This document shows positions 7,958 through 17,067 of a stretch of DNA of 64,000 nt, one piece after another. A program made the translations under genes and the position numbers. Position 1 is the stretch's first letter, and every line of letters starts with the position of its first letter. The DNA is from a virus. The stretch is taken from positions 32,001 to 96,000 of the IMG/VR virus record IMGVR_UViG_3300034418_007243; one strand, 5' to 3'. The notes below the pieces were generated by a model. The model had not been told where the DNA came from, did no database searches, and saw nothing but the letters and a program-made list of their open reading frames with translations.

Positions 7958-10900
7958 ATGGCTAAAAAACAAAATACAAGTTCATCTGACGTAAATAGTT
8001 TTAGTAAAGGACTAATTGAAGATATGTCAGGTTATGGTAAAGGTCCACAAAACTGGAGCCATGCTAGAAATGCTGTGAACAATACAGAGATAGGAGACTT
8101 AGGTACTTTAAGCAATGAGAAATCTAATAAACTTTGTACTTTAGCACCTTATACTATAATTGGAACTATACATATTGAAGGAGATAAGTTTGTTGTATTT
8201 TCAACAAATAATATATTTTCTGAAATAGGTTTGTTTGATGAATCAGAATGTTCATACACTAAATTAGTTAATGCTACTTGTTTAAACTTTAAAACAGATT
8301 ATCTTATAACAGGGCAAGCTAAAGAAAACTTTGAATGCAAGTTTGAAGTATATTGGTCTGATGGTTTTAATCCTGATAGAGTATTAAATATAGATGATAT
8401 TCCTTGGGTAGAAAATTGTGAATATATAGATAGCTGTTATATTTGCACACCAACAGCAGAATTAGATTGTGAAAAATTAAGACTTGAACCTTTAGTTGAT
8501 AATCTTAAATTTTCTATTGCTCCGGGTGCTACAAGCGGTGAACTTTTAAGTGGTTCTTATTTTGTAGTAGGAGCTTATTTAATTAATGGGCAAAGGTTTG
8601 GTGATTACTCTATGCCTTCTCAAGTTCAAGGTATATGGTCACATGCTAACACAGCAAGTTCTTTAGATGTTACTGTAGATTTTGCTGATCAAAGATTTGA
8701 TGAATTTGAATTAATAGTTTTAAGTTTTGTTAATTATCAACAAGTAGCTAAAAGAGCTGGCGTATATAGCACAAGACAAAAACTTATTACAATAGATCAG
8801 TTTCAATCTAATTGGCCTGATGTTAATCCTGGAGATATTCTTTTAAGAAATCCTGTTGAAGATAAGTCAGATTCAATATGGCGTAATGGTGATTACCTTT
8901 TAAGAATTGGTCCTACAAGCAAGTTTGATTTTAATTATCAACCTATTGCAAATCAAATTAAAACAGAATGGGTTTCTGTTGAATATCCTGAAAACTATTA
9001 TGGAAATGGTGGTAATAATACAGGATATATGAGAGATGAAGTATATTCATTTTTTATAAGATGGGTTTATAATACAGGTGATAAATCTCCTAGTTTTCAT
9101 ATACCAGGTAGATTTTCTAATCAAGATGATTTAACTATTATGGGTGGTCCAGACGCTGCTGTTGATGCAGATGATGGAATTACACCTTACAAATGGAGAG
9201 TTTATAATACAGCTATTATAAATCCTACTATTACACCTTATACATTGCCTGATGGTGGTGTTGTTTTAGGCGGAGGTGATATGGCTTATTGGGAATCATC
9301 TGAAATATATGATGATGATAAACCACAAATATGGAATGCTACATATACAGATCCTGTTACAGGTGTTAATATAGGAGGTACTTCTGATACAAGATTTGAC
9401 TTGTGTGGAAAACCTATAAGACATCATAAATTTCCTGCTAATAATTCAGATCCTGAAGGACATCCTATAACTCATCATGTTAATGATAATGGCTCAGCTA
9501 TTAGAGTTATGGGAGTTAAGTTTTCTAATATTAAAAAGCCTTTAGATAATTATGGTAATGAAATTACTAATGTTGTAGGTTATGAAATATTAAGAGGTTC
9601 AAGAGAAGGTAACAAAAGTATTTTCTTTAAAGGTATGTTATGCAACTTAAGAGAATACGATGTACCTGAAGGCACTACAGATAGACAAGGTTTATATCAA
9701 AATTATCCATATAATGATTTAGGTGCAGATAATTATTTACAGTCTAATTTTCCTCTTGTAGGTTCTTCTGAACAATGTAAACATGAAAATTTAACAGGAT
9801 ACAGACAAGATGCTTTTTCATTTCATAGTCCAGATACTAACTTTAAAGATCCTTATTTAAGCGCAAAAGAAGTTATTATTTATGGGGAACAGTACGGTGA
9901 AGGAAATATGAATTTTGAAATTCCTGATAAACATCCCAAACATAAATTAATAACTGATCAAGCATTAATTATAGCATGTATTGTTGGAATTGCTTATCCT
10001 ATTACTGCAGCTTTAGGTAAAAGAAGTTATAATAGAAAAAGTCCTACTTCTGAAAATAGAGGTGGTACATGGTTTGGTATGGCTGCAGGTTTTCAACCTT
10101 TAGATGTTGCTGGTGGACATGGTCTTGGTATTGCAGCATTAAGTGGTATACATACAGGTAGAGTACTTGGTCAGTATGCAGCTGTAAATGATTTTTCTAT
10201 ATTAGGAGCTTCTTTTGCTGCTGGTGTAAAACATCCTCAAGTTTTATATGATACAACTGGAGGTTGGGCGTTAGATAATTTTGCAACTGCAGCTCCAGGT
10301 GTTAGTGCGCAAGGTTACACTGAAACTGTAGAGGGTTCTGACTATAGCGCTTTAGGACCTGTTTTAGGTAGTGTTGTAGGTATAGCTAGTTGGATATTTA
10401 ATTATATGAAAGGCATAGATATGTTTTTAGATATAATTAGAGCTGTGTCTACAGAACAACAATACGCATTACAATGTGTGAGTCATTGCTTTCAAAGATT
10501 TTATGAAAGACCACAACCAAACAACATTAGAAGAGCTATAGGAGAACAAGGATACATAGGGCCTGCGTTAGTAGATTGGACTCAAGATTTTAGAATTAAT
10601 AATATTTTTAGGAGCCGCTTTGTAGCTATTCAAACAGAAGCTTTAAATCCTAACGATGCTTTAATAGCTGATCCTGTTATAGTAGATAATTCTAATTTAA
10701 CTTTAGGTGAAGCTTCTAAATTAAAAAATGGTCCTACAAGAGAAGATATACATGGATCTTTTAATTTTACAGCTTCTTCTTACTATGTTGCTTTAAAACA
10801 AAGAATTAGAAATCAATATGGTCAGATAAATGGTATTGTTCAAGTTCCTGTATCTACAGGTACAACTCTTAAAAATTATGGACAGACTATTGCTAATGGT

Positions 10901-12919
10901 CCTTCTTCTACAGATATTATGTTTAATGGTGACATTTATATAGGAAGATATACTGAAAAAAATTCAATGATATTCTTTTATGATTGGTTATATGATCAAC
11001 CAGATGGATATGAATATAATTATTTTTTAAGGCAAAATGCAGCGTATGTTTCTTATTGGATGAATAGTGAAAAGTATGATATAGGTGAATTATTACAAAG
11101 CATTGATACAACAGATATGTTTGCTTTTATAGATGATCCTCAGTCAGCAACTGTAGCTTTACCATTTAGTAAATATTGCATGGATACTTTTGATGGATAT
11201 AGTTTAGAGTTTGGAAGAGTTCTTTTAGAAAATCATTTCTTTTATTTATTTAATTCAGGAGTAAAAGATTTTTATGTAGAAACAGAAATAAATATAGATT
11301 ATAGAGATTGGGAAGATGAAATAAATAGAAGGCATTATGATTCAAAAAGATATACTCATTTACCTACTTTATTTAATGCTAATCCAAACATTATAAAAGC
11401 AGGTAATTATTATAAATATGATTGGAGCTTAAGCGTATCTAGATTGTTTAATAATTTTTTAGCTTGGGGAAATACACAAAGTAGAGAGTATGATCCTCAA
11501 GTAGCTGAAACATGTTATACATATAGACCTGATAGAATAATTTATTCTTTACCGCAAAGAGCTGCTAATAAACAAGATTTTTGGAGAATCTTTTTACCTT
11601 TTAATTATAAAGATTTTACAAGCCGTCCAAGAGCTGTAAAACAGTTTTCTAAAAACGGGGCTTTAATATTATTTGATAATATGAGTCCTATTACTTTTGC
11701 TGGCGTAGATCAATTAACTACAGATCAAGATACTAAGCTTACTATAGGTGATGGTGGATTGTTCTCTCAACCTATGCAAAATTTAGCAAATAGTGAATGG
11801 CCAATTGAGTATGGTTCTTGTCAAGATAAATATAGTGCAATAAACACACCTGCAGGATTTTATTATGTTAGTCAAAATCAAGGAAAAGTATTTACACTAA
11901 CTTCAGGAACAATACAAGAGATTTCTAACAGAGGTTTAAAATGGTGGTTTTCTGAATTTTTACCTTATAAATTAACAGAAGACTTTCCTGATTTTAAATT
12001 AAAAGATAATCCTGTTGCTGGTATAGGATGTCAAACTATTTATGATAACTTAAATCAAATTGTATATTTTTCTAAGAAAGATTACCAACTTAAAAAGGAT
12101 TTACCTGAAGGAACTACATTAAGATATTCTGGAGACAGTGATCTTTTCTATTTAAATAATACAATGGTTCCTATTACTCTTGGAAACCCTCTGTATTTTG
12201 ATTCTGCTTCTTGGACAATAAGTTATGATCCTAAAACACAATCATGGATTTCATATCATGATTGGCATCCTGATTTAACTATATCAAGTAAAAATACATT
12301 CTTGTCTACTAAAGCCAACGGTATTTGGATACACAATAATAGATGTGATAGTTATTGTAACTTTTATGATGTAGATTATCCGTTTGAGGTAGAGTTTGGT
12401 AATCATACAGGAGGTGTTGTAAATACATTAAGAAACGTAGAGTATTACATGGAAGCTTATAAGTATGCTGAAAATTGCTATGATAGATTTCATGATTTGG
12501 ATTTTAATTTTGATGAAGCTATAATACATAACTCAGAACAAGTATCTGGTTTGTTAAGATTAAATCTTCAACCAAAAAACAATACTCCTGAAATGCTTAA
12601 GTATCCAAAAGTTAATTATAGCAACATAGATATAGTATATTCTAAAGAAGAACAAAAGTATAGGTTTAATCAGTTTTGGGATATTACAGCTGATAGAGGT
12701 GAGTTTAATTCCACAGCTACAAGAACAATATTTAATACAGAACCTAATGGTTATATTAGAAATTTAAATTTTAATAATTTAAATTATAATAAGAATGCTT
12801 TTCAAAGAAAAAAATTCAGACATTTTAAAAATTCTGTATTTTTAAGAAGAAAGAAAAGTGGTGACAGAAATATTATTATATCAACAGCAGTAAATATGAA
12901 TTTAAAATCATCAAGATAA
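7958..12919 (+). CDS. Muzzle / tail stabilisation protein (P22 gp10-like, crAss-type)
   Basis: 1653 aa, beta-rich; N-terminal F.KGL.ED..NA.N, GYMRDEVYSFFIRW, C-terminal WTISYDP...WISYHDWHP; lies between ring gene and cargo genes. Confidence 0.75.
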   Translation: MAKKQNTSSSDVNSFSKGLIEDMSGYGKGPQNWSHARNAVNNTEIGDLGTLSNEKSNKLCTLAPYTIIGTIHIEGDKFVVFSTNNIFSEIGLFDESECSYTKLVNATCLNFKTDYLITGQAKENFECKFEVYWSDGFNPDRVLNIDDIPWVENCEYIDSCYICTPTAELDCEKLRLEPLVDNLKFSIAPGATSGELLSGSYFVVGAYLINGQRFGDYSMPSQVQGIWSHANTASSLDVTVDFADQRFDEFELIVLSFVNYQQVAKRAGVYSTRQKLITIDQFQSNWPDVNPGDILLRNPVEDKSDSIWRNGDYLLRIGPTSKFDFNYQPIANQIKTEWVSVEYPENYYGNGGNNTGYMRDEVYSFFIRWVYNTGDKSPSFHIPGRFSNQDDLTIMGGPDAAVDADDGITPYKWRVYNTAIINPTITPYTLPDGGVVLGGGDMAYWESSEIYDDDKPQIWNATYTDPVTGVNIGGTSDTRFDLCGKPIRHHKFPANNSDPEGHPITHHVNDNGSAIRVMGVKFSNIKKPLDNYGNEITNVVGYEILRGSREGNKSIFFKGMLCNLREYDVPEGTTDRQGLYQNYPYNDLGADNYLQSNFPLVGSSEQCKHENLTGYRQDAFSFHSPDTNFKDPYLSAKEVIIYGEQYGEGNMNFEIPDKHPKHKLITDQALIIACIVGIAYPITAALGKRSYNRKSPTSENRGGTWFGMAAGFQPLDVAGGHGLGIAALSGIHTGRVLGQYAAVNDFSILGASFAAGVKHPQVLYDTTGGWALDNFATAAPGVSAQGYTETVEGSDYSALGPVLGSVVGIASWIFNYMKGIDMFLDIIRAVSTEQQYALQCVSHCFQRFYERPQPNNIRRAIGEQGYIGPALVDWTQDFRINNIFRSRFVAIQTEALNPNDALIADPVIVDNSNLTLGEASKLKNGPTREDIHGSFNFTASSYYVALKQRIRNQYGQINGIVQVPVSTGTTLKNYGQTIANGPSSTDIMFNGDIYIGRYTEKNSMIFFYDWLYDQPDGYEYNYFLRQNAAYVSYWMNSEKYDIGELLQSIDTTDMFAFIDDPQSATVALPFSKYCMDTFDGYSLEFGRVLLENHFFYLFNSGVKDFYVETEINIDYRDWEDEINRRHYDSKRYTHLPTLFNANPNIIKAGNYYKYDWSLSVSRLFNNFLAWGNTQSREYDPQVAETCYTYRPDRIIYSLPQRAANKQDFWRIFLPFNYKDFTSRPRAVKQFSKNGALILFDNMSPITFAGVDQLTTDQDTKLTIGDGGLFSQPMQNLANSEWPIEYGSCQDKYSAINTPAGFYYVSQNQGKVFTLTSGTIQEISNRGLKWWFSEFLPYKLTEDFPDFKLKDNPVAGIGCQTIYDNLNQIVYFSKKDYQLKKDLPEGTTLRYSGDSDLFYLNNTMVPITLGNPLYFDSASWTISYDPKTQSWISYHDWHPDLTISSKNTFLSTKANGIWIHNNRCDSYCNFYDVDYPFEVEFGNHTGGVVNTLRNVEYYMEAYKYAENCYDRFHDLDFNFDEAIIHNSEQVSGLLRLNLQPKNNTPEMLKYPKVNYSNIDIVYSKEEQKYRFNQFWDITADRGEFNSTATRTIFNTEPNGYIRNLNFNNLNYNKNAFQRKKFRHFKNSVFLRRKKSGDRNIIISTAVNMNLKSSR

Positions 12920-15900
12920 ATGGATAAATTATTATTCTATACATTAAACAATAGAGGTTTACCGCAAGGTCCTAATTATGAAAGAACATCTATGTTAGGT
13001 AAACTAACTATGTTTAATAATGGAGGCCCTGTATCAGGAAGACCTTATTTATCTGTTATGCCTGGTATGACTGGAGGAATAGATCTTCAGGCAGGTACTG
13101 ATTTTAATATTAAGGATAGGGTGTTTGGAGATATAAATATAAGTAATCCAATAGTTGCACCTAACATGCAAAGTGGAGAATATAGCTTTGCGCCATTAAA
13201 TCCTAATGTGTCAGGTAGAGTAGCTATCCCTTTACAAGATATGGATATTGTGGGAAGTTTTGATACAGATTTTAATCAAGCTAGACTTAATGCTTCAGCT
13301 AGCATGGGTTTTCCTAAAGGAGATATAAGTGGAAATATAGGTACTGATTTAAAAAATGTTTATGGTGGCGTAGATATAAATTACAGACCCATTGACCCTC
13401 TTTCCTTAAACTATAGTTTAAATGCTGATCCATCAGGAGTGTACCATGATATTGGAGCTTCTTATAATGTAAATGATAATGTAAATCTATATGGTAATGT
13501 ATCATTAACTCCACAAGAACCTCCTGCATATAGAGTAGGATTAAGAGCAAACTTTGAACATGGAGGAACACACGTAGATCCACCTTTTAAAACACCATTA
13601 TCTAAAGATGAAGAGTTTGTTTTTCAAAATTGGAGAAAATCTTTACCTGAAAATTTACAAACAGATAATGATTTATATGATTTAAGAGGTGCATGGAAAG
13701 CAGGTCTTTCTCCTGAACGCATTCAAAATGAATGGCACATGTTAGGCGTAAACCCTGAAACAGGAATGTATTTAAAATCTCCAAATCATCCAACATATTT
13801 AAAATCTATTGAAGGAGACATAAGAGCAGGATTTACTCCTTACGTAGATGCTAAAACAGGAAGAGTATATTCTAATAAACTTGTTTATACAGACGGAGGA
13901 GATGTTATAGATCCGGGTGATGGCTGGCAATATTTAAAAGAAGGTAATGATTATCTTACTAGAAAAAAAGGTTCTGCTGAATGGATAAAAACAACAGGTA
14001 AAGCTAAAAAAGCTATTCAAGATAAAATATATAAAGAAACAGATTCTATAAAATCTGATGAAATTGTATCTGCACCTAATAATAAACAAACAGATTTTAG
14101 TATTGATTATGATACTTTACCAGCTATAAAACAAATAGAAGCATCTACTAGTAGAGTAGAAAGACCTCCTATGCCTAACATTGTTAACCCAAATGTAAAT
14201 CAAAAACAATTTGTAGATAAAGCTGAAGAGTTTCATAAACAAGGTAAAATAGTAGATAGAGAACCTGTAAGTTTTATGAGAAACTTATTACCCTATCCTT
14301 GTTATGATTATACTTGTATGGAGTTTGTAAAAGATGTTGATAAAGCAACTGGCAGACATAGTATACCTAGTACAATTAATACTAATAAAGACTTTTATAA
14401 AGCAGCTGATAAATTAGGGTATAAACGTTTACACCCAGATTCTACTGCTCAACCTGGAGATATTATTTCTTTTTACAGACCTGAGTTAAAAACTGAAGAG
14501 TTTCCTGAAGGAACGCCTTATCATGCAGGAGTAATGATAAATGATAGCACTTATATAGATACAGGAGGTGGCGAAAAGTATTTACCTATAGGTTATCCTG
14601 TAAGAAAAGGACCTTTAGAAAAAAATCCTTATTATACTTATAGGTGGTCACCAAAAGAACCAATAATGGGTGCTATTTCAGGATTAATACAAAAAACAGA
14701 TGGTGGAGATGTTGTAGATGTAGGGGATGGTTATGAGTATCTAAAAGAAGGTGATAACTATTTAACTAGAAAAAAAGGTAATACAGATTGGATAACTGCA
14801 AAAGGAGATGCTAGAAAAGCTATACAAACTAGAATATTTCCTGAGCTTCTAGGTAATCCTTTACCTCAAGAACAACAAATATCTATTCAAAATATAAATA
14901 GACCTGAAAATTTTATTCAACCAAATGTTAATAAAGAAACTATAGCTATACAGCAAAAACTTTTTGATGCAGGATATGATTTAGGTACTACAGGTCCATT
15001 AGGAAATGGTGTTGATGGAGATTTAGGTCCTAAAACACAAGCTGCTATTGATGCTTATAATAAAGGAATAAACGCTCAAGATTTTAAATCTCAAGATTTA
15101 AAAATGCAAAATGAAATTATAAATCAAGAGTATAAAGAAAAACCACAAACTGCAAACTATGTAACAAATATTCAGAACTATCTTATAGGAAAAGGATATG
15201 AGATAGATAAATCAGGAGTAATGGATACTAAAACTAAAAATGCTTTAAAAGATTATGAGACTAGCGGCAAGTTTGCAACATTACCTATTTTTCCTTCTAA
15301 TCCTGAAAGAAGAGAAGAAATCTGCAGAACAAGTGGAGAAGGTTACGGTTGTTCAAAACAAGCTACATTAAAATCTATGAATTTGTTTAGTGATATGCCT
15401 AATTCTGATAAAAAATATTTATGGGCTAATGATGCATGGTTTAATAAAGATGCTGTAATAAAAAATGGAGGAACACTTCTTTATGAAACAGAAGCTAGAG
15501 GTAAAAATATACCTGACTTACCTAAAGAAGTTTATGGATTATTGCAAGTAGGAGATTATGTTCATTTAGATAGAAGAGATACAGATTCTAGTAGACGTTA
15601 CGCTAAAAAAACAGAAGATAAAGCAGGTAATAAATGGGAAAATGAAAAAATAGAACATATGGGTCTTATCATTGGTAAAGATACTGATGGTACACCTTTA
15701 ATTTGGCATGCTTCAGAAACAGGAAAAGCATATATAAAACGTGTAGATGAACCTATTACATTAGATGATCATAAAGGATTAGGTGCTTATAGAATAGCGT
15801 CTATTGCACGTTCTGGTAAAATGACAGATGAATACCAAAAAGCTGTTGCTCAAAATCCTTACTTTAGTGAAGATTGGAAATCACCATATGAAAAACCTGG

Positions 15901-17053
15901 TGAAGTAGTAGAAGATATAGTAAAACCATTTGATTCAGAAAACATGTTAACACCTTTAGAAGGAACAAATGATTATGAAAAAGCAAGAATAAATGAAATA
16001 AATAATCATGTTGAAACATTTATGAAAGCAGGCTATCCTCAAGATGATGTTAATAAAGCAGCACAAATTGTTATAGGAGGAGTGCTTGAAAGAGAAGCAA
16101 AAAGAGGAAGTTCCGCTACTCTAGGAGGAAGTGAAGGGATTCCTATACCTGGAACAAGTATAAGAATACCATTAACAGGAACTGTAGAAAATCCTGTACG
16201 AGCTGGTAGTAACTATGGTAAAAAATATGAAGGTCAAACTGCTTTAGAATTTAAAGAAGGTTTAGCAGATATTGCAAAAGATGTAGGATTAAAAAGAAGT
16301 GAAGTTAGTAGAGGTATTTATCAAATGAAACCTGAAATGAATTTTGGAGGGTTAGAAAAAGAATTAAATGAAATAGGATTATCTAAAGATCAAATATTTG
16401 ATAGTGAAGAAAATCAAACTAAAGCTGCTACATTGTTAATGTTAAAAAGATATAAAGCATTAAAAGCTGATCCTGATTATTATAGAGAAACAGACGAAGT
16501 TAAAATTAAAGGAGAAGATGGACAAGAATGGTTTTATCCTGCATCATATATTTTAGCTGGAGGGTGGAGTGCTGGACCTAATTGGTGGAAAAAAGATAGT
16601 TATAGAAAAATATTAACTTCAGATAAAGGTAGAGATTATTCTAATTTAGCAATGAGAAATATGGCTAATGTTATTCAAACACAAAAAGGTAATAACTACG
16701 GAAAGCAAGCTGAAGAACAAATTTATAATCGCAAACAAGAAAAAGCTGCTAAATATTTAAAAGAAAAAACAATAAATAGAATGGCTGCTGAAGGTTATGA
16801 TAAAGATAAAATAACAGATGCTACTATTAAAGAGTATGAACAACAAAAATATAATGAAGCTGTTGCAGCACAAGAACAAGCTGTAAAAGATTTTGCATAT
16901 ACTATTGATACGCCACCTGCTGAATCTACAGATACTAATATTTTTATGGATCCTAACATTATTATACCAAGTGACTTGTATTCAGATTTTGTATATGGTG
17001 CTTATGACTTACCTGAAGTAACAGTAACTGCAAAAAGAATTAAAAATAGATAA
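12920..17053 (+). CDS. Multi-domain virion peptidoglycan hydrolase / cargo protein
   Basis: NlpC/P60-like domain (TCMEFV..QPGDII..YHAGV), two PG-binding-like domains (IQQKL..GYDLG..GVDGDLGPKT; IQNYL..GY..SGVMD.KT), second NlpC/CHAP-like domain (GCS..VGDYV..EHMGL..WHAS), lysozyme/SLT-like segment (ERE..SRGIYQMK). Confidence 0.7.
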   Translation: MDKLLFYTLNNRGLPQGPNYERTSMLGKLTMFNNGGPVSGRPYLSVMPGMTGGIDLQAGTDFNIKDRVFGDINISNPIVAPNMQSGEYSFAPLNPNVSGRVAIPLQDMDIVGSFDTDFNQARLNASASMGFPKGDISGNIGTDLKNVYGGVDINYRPIDPLSLNYSLNADPSGVYHDIGASYNVNDNVNLYGNVSLTPQEPPAYRVGLRANFEHGGTHVDPPFKTPLSKDEEFVFQNWRKSLPENLQTDNDLYDLRGAWKAGLSPERIQNEWHMLGVNPETGMYLKSPNHPTYLKSIEGDIRAGFTPYVDAKTGRVYSNKLVYTDGGDVIDPGDGWQYLKEGNDYLTRKKGSAEWIKTTGKAKKAIQDKIYKETDSIKSDEIVSAPNNKQTDFSIDYDTLPAIKQIEASTSRVERPPMPNIVNPNVNQKQFVDKAEEFHKQGKIVDREPVSFMRNLLPYPCYDYTCMEFVKDVDKATGRHSIPSTINTNKDFYKAADKLGYKRLHPDSTAQPGDIISFYRPELKTEEFPEGTPYHAGVMINDSTYIDTGGGEKYLPIGYPVRKGPLEKNPYYTYRWSPKEPIMGAISGLIQKTDGGDVVDVGDGYEYLKEGDNYLTRKKGNTDWITAKGDARKAIQTRIFPELLGNPLPQEQQISIQNINRPENFIQPNVNKETIAIQQKLFDAGYDLGTTGPLGNGVDGDLGPKTQAAIDAYNKGINAQDFKSQDLKMQNEIINQEYKEKPQTANYVTNIQNYLIGKGYEIDKSGVMDTKTKNALKDYETSGKFATLPIFPSNPERREEICRTSGEGYGCSKQATLKSMNLFSDMPNSDKKYLWANDAWFNKDAVIKNGGTLLYETEARGKNIPDLPKEVYGLLQVGDYVHLDRRDTDSSRRYAKKTEDKAGNKWENEKIEHMGLIIGKDTDGTPLIWHASETGKAYIKRVDEPITLDDHKGLGAYRIASIARSGKMTDEYQKAVAQNPYFSEDWKSPYEKPGEVVEDIVKPFDSENMLTPLEGTNDYEKARINEINNHVETFMKAGYPQDDVNKAAQIVIGGVLEREAKRGSSATLGGSEGIPIPGTSIRIPLTGTVENPVRAGSNYGKKYEGQTALEFKEGLADIAKDVGLKRSEVSRGIYQMKPEMNFGGLEKELNEIGLSKDQIFDSEENQTKAATLLMLKRYKALKADPDYYRETDEVKIKGEDGQEWFYPASYILAGGWSAGPNWWKKDSYRKILTSDKGRDYSNLAMRNMANVIQTQKGNNYGKQAEEQIYNRKQEKAAKYLKEKTINRMAAEGYDKDKITDATIKEYEQQKYNEAVAAQEQAVKDFAYTIDTPPAESTDTNIFMDPNIIIPSDLYSDFVYGAYDLPEVTVTAKRIKNR
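13892..14837 (+). repeat. Two copies of a ~45-aa module (13892-14030 and 14699-14837) flanking the first NlpC/P60 domain
   Basis: DGGDVIDPGDGWQYLKEGNDYLTRKKGSAEWIKTTGKAKKAIQDKI vs DGGDVVDVGDGYEYLKEGDNYLTRKKGNTDWITAKGDARKAIQTRI. Confidence 0.85.
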
Positions 17054-17067
17054 TAATTTCGTATATT

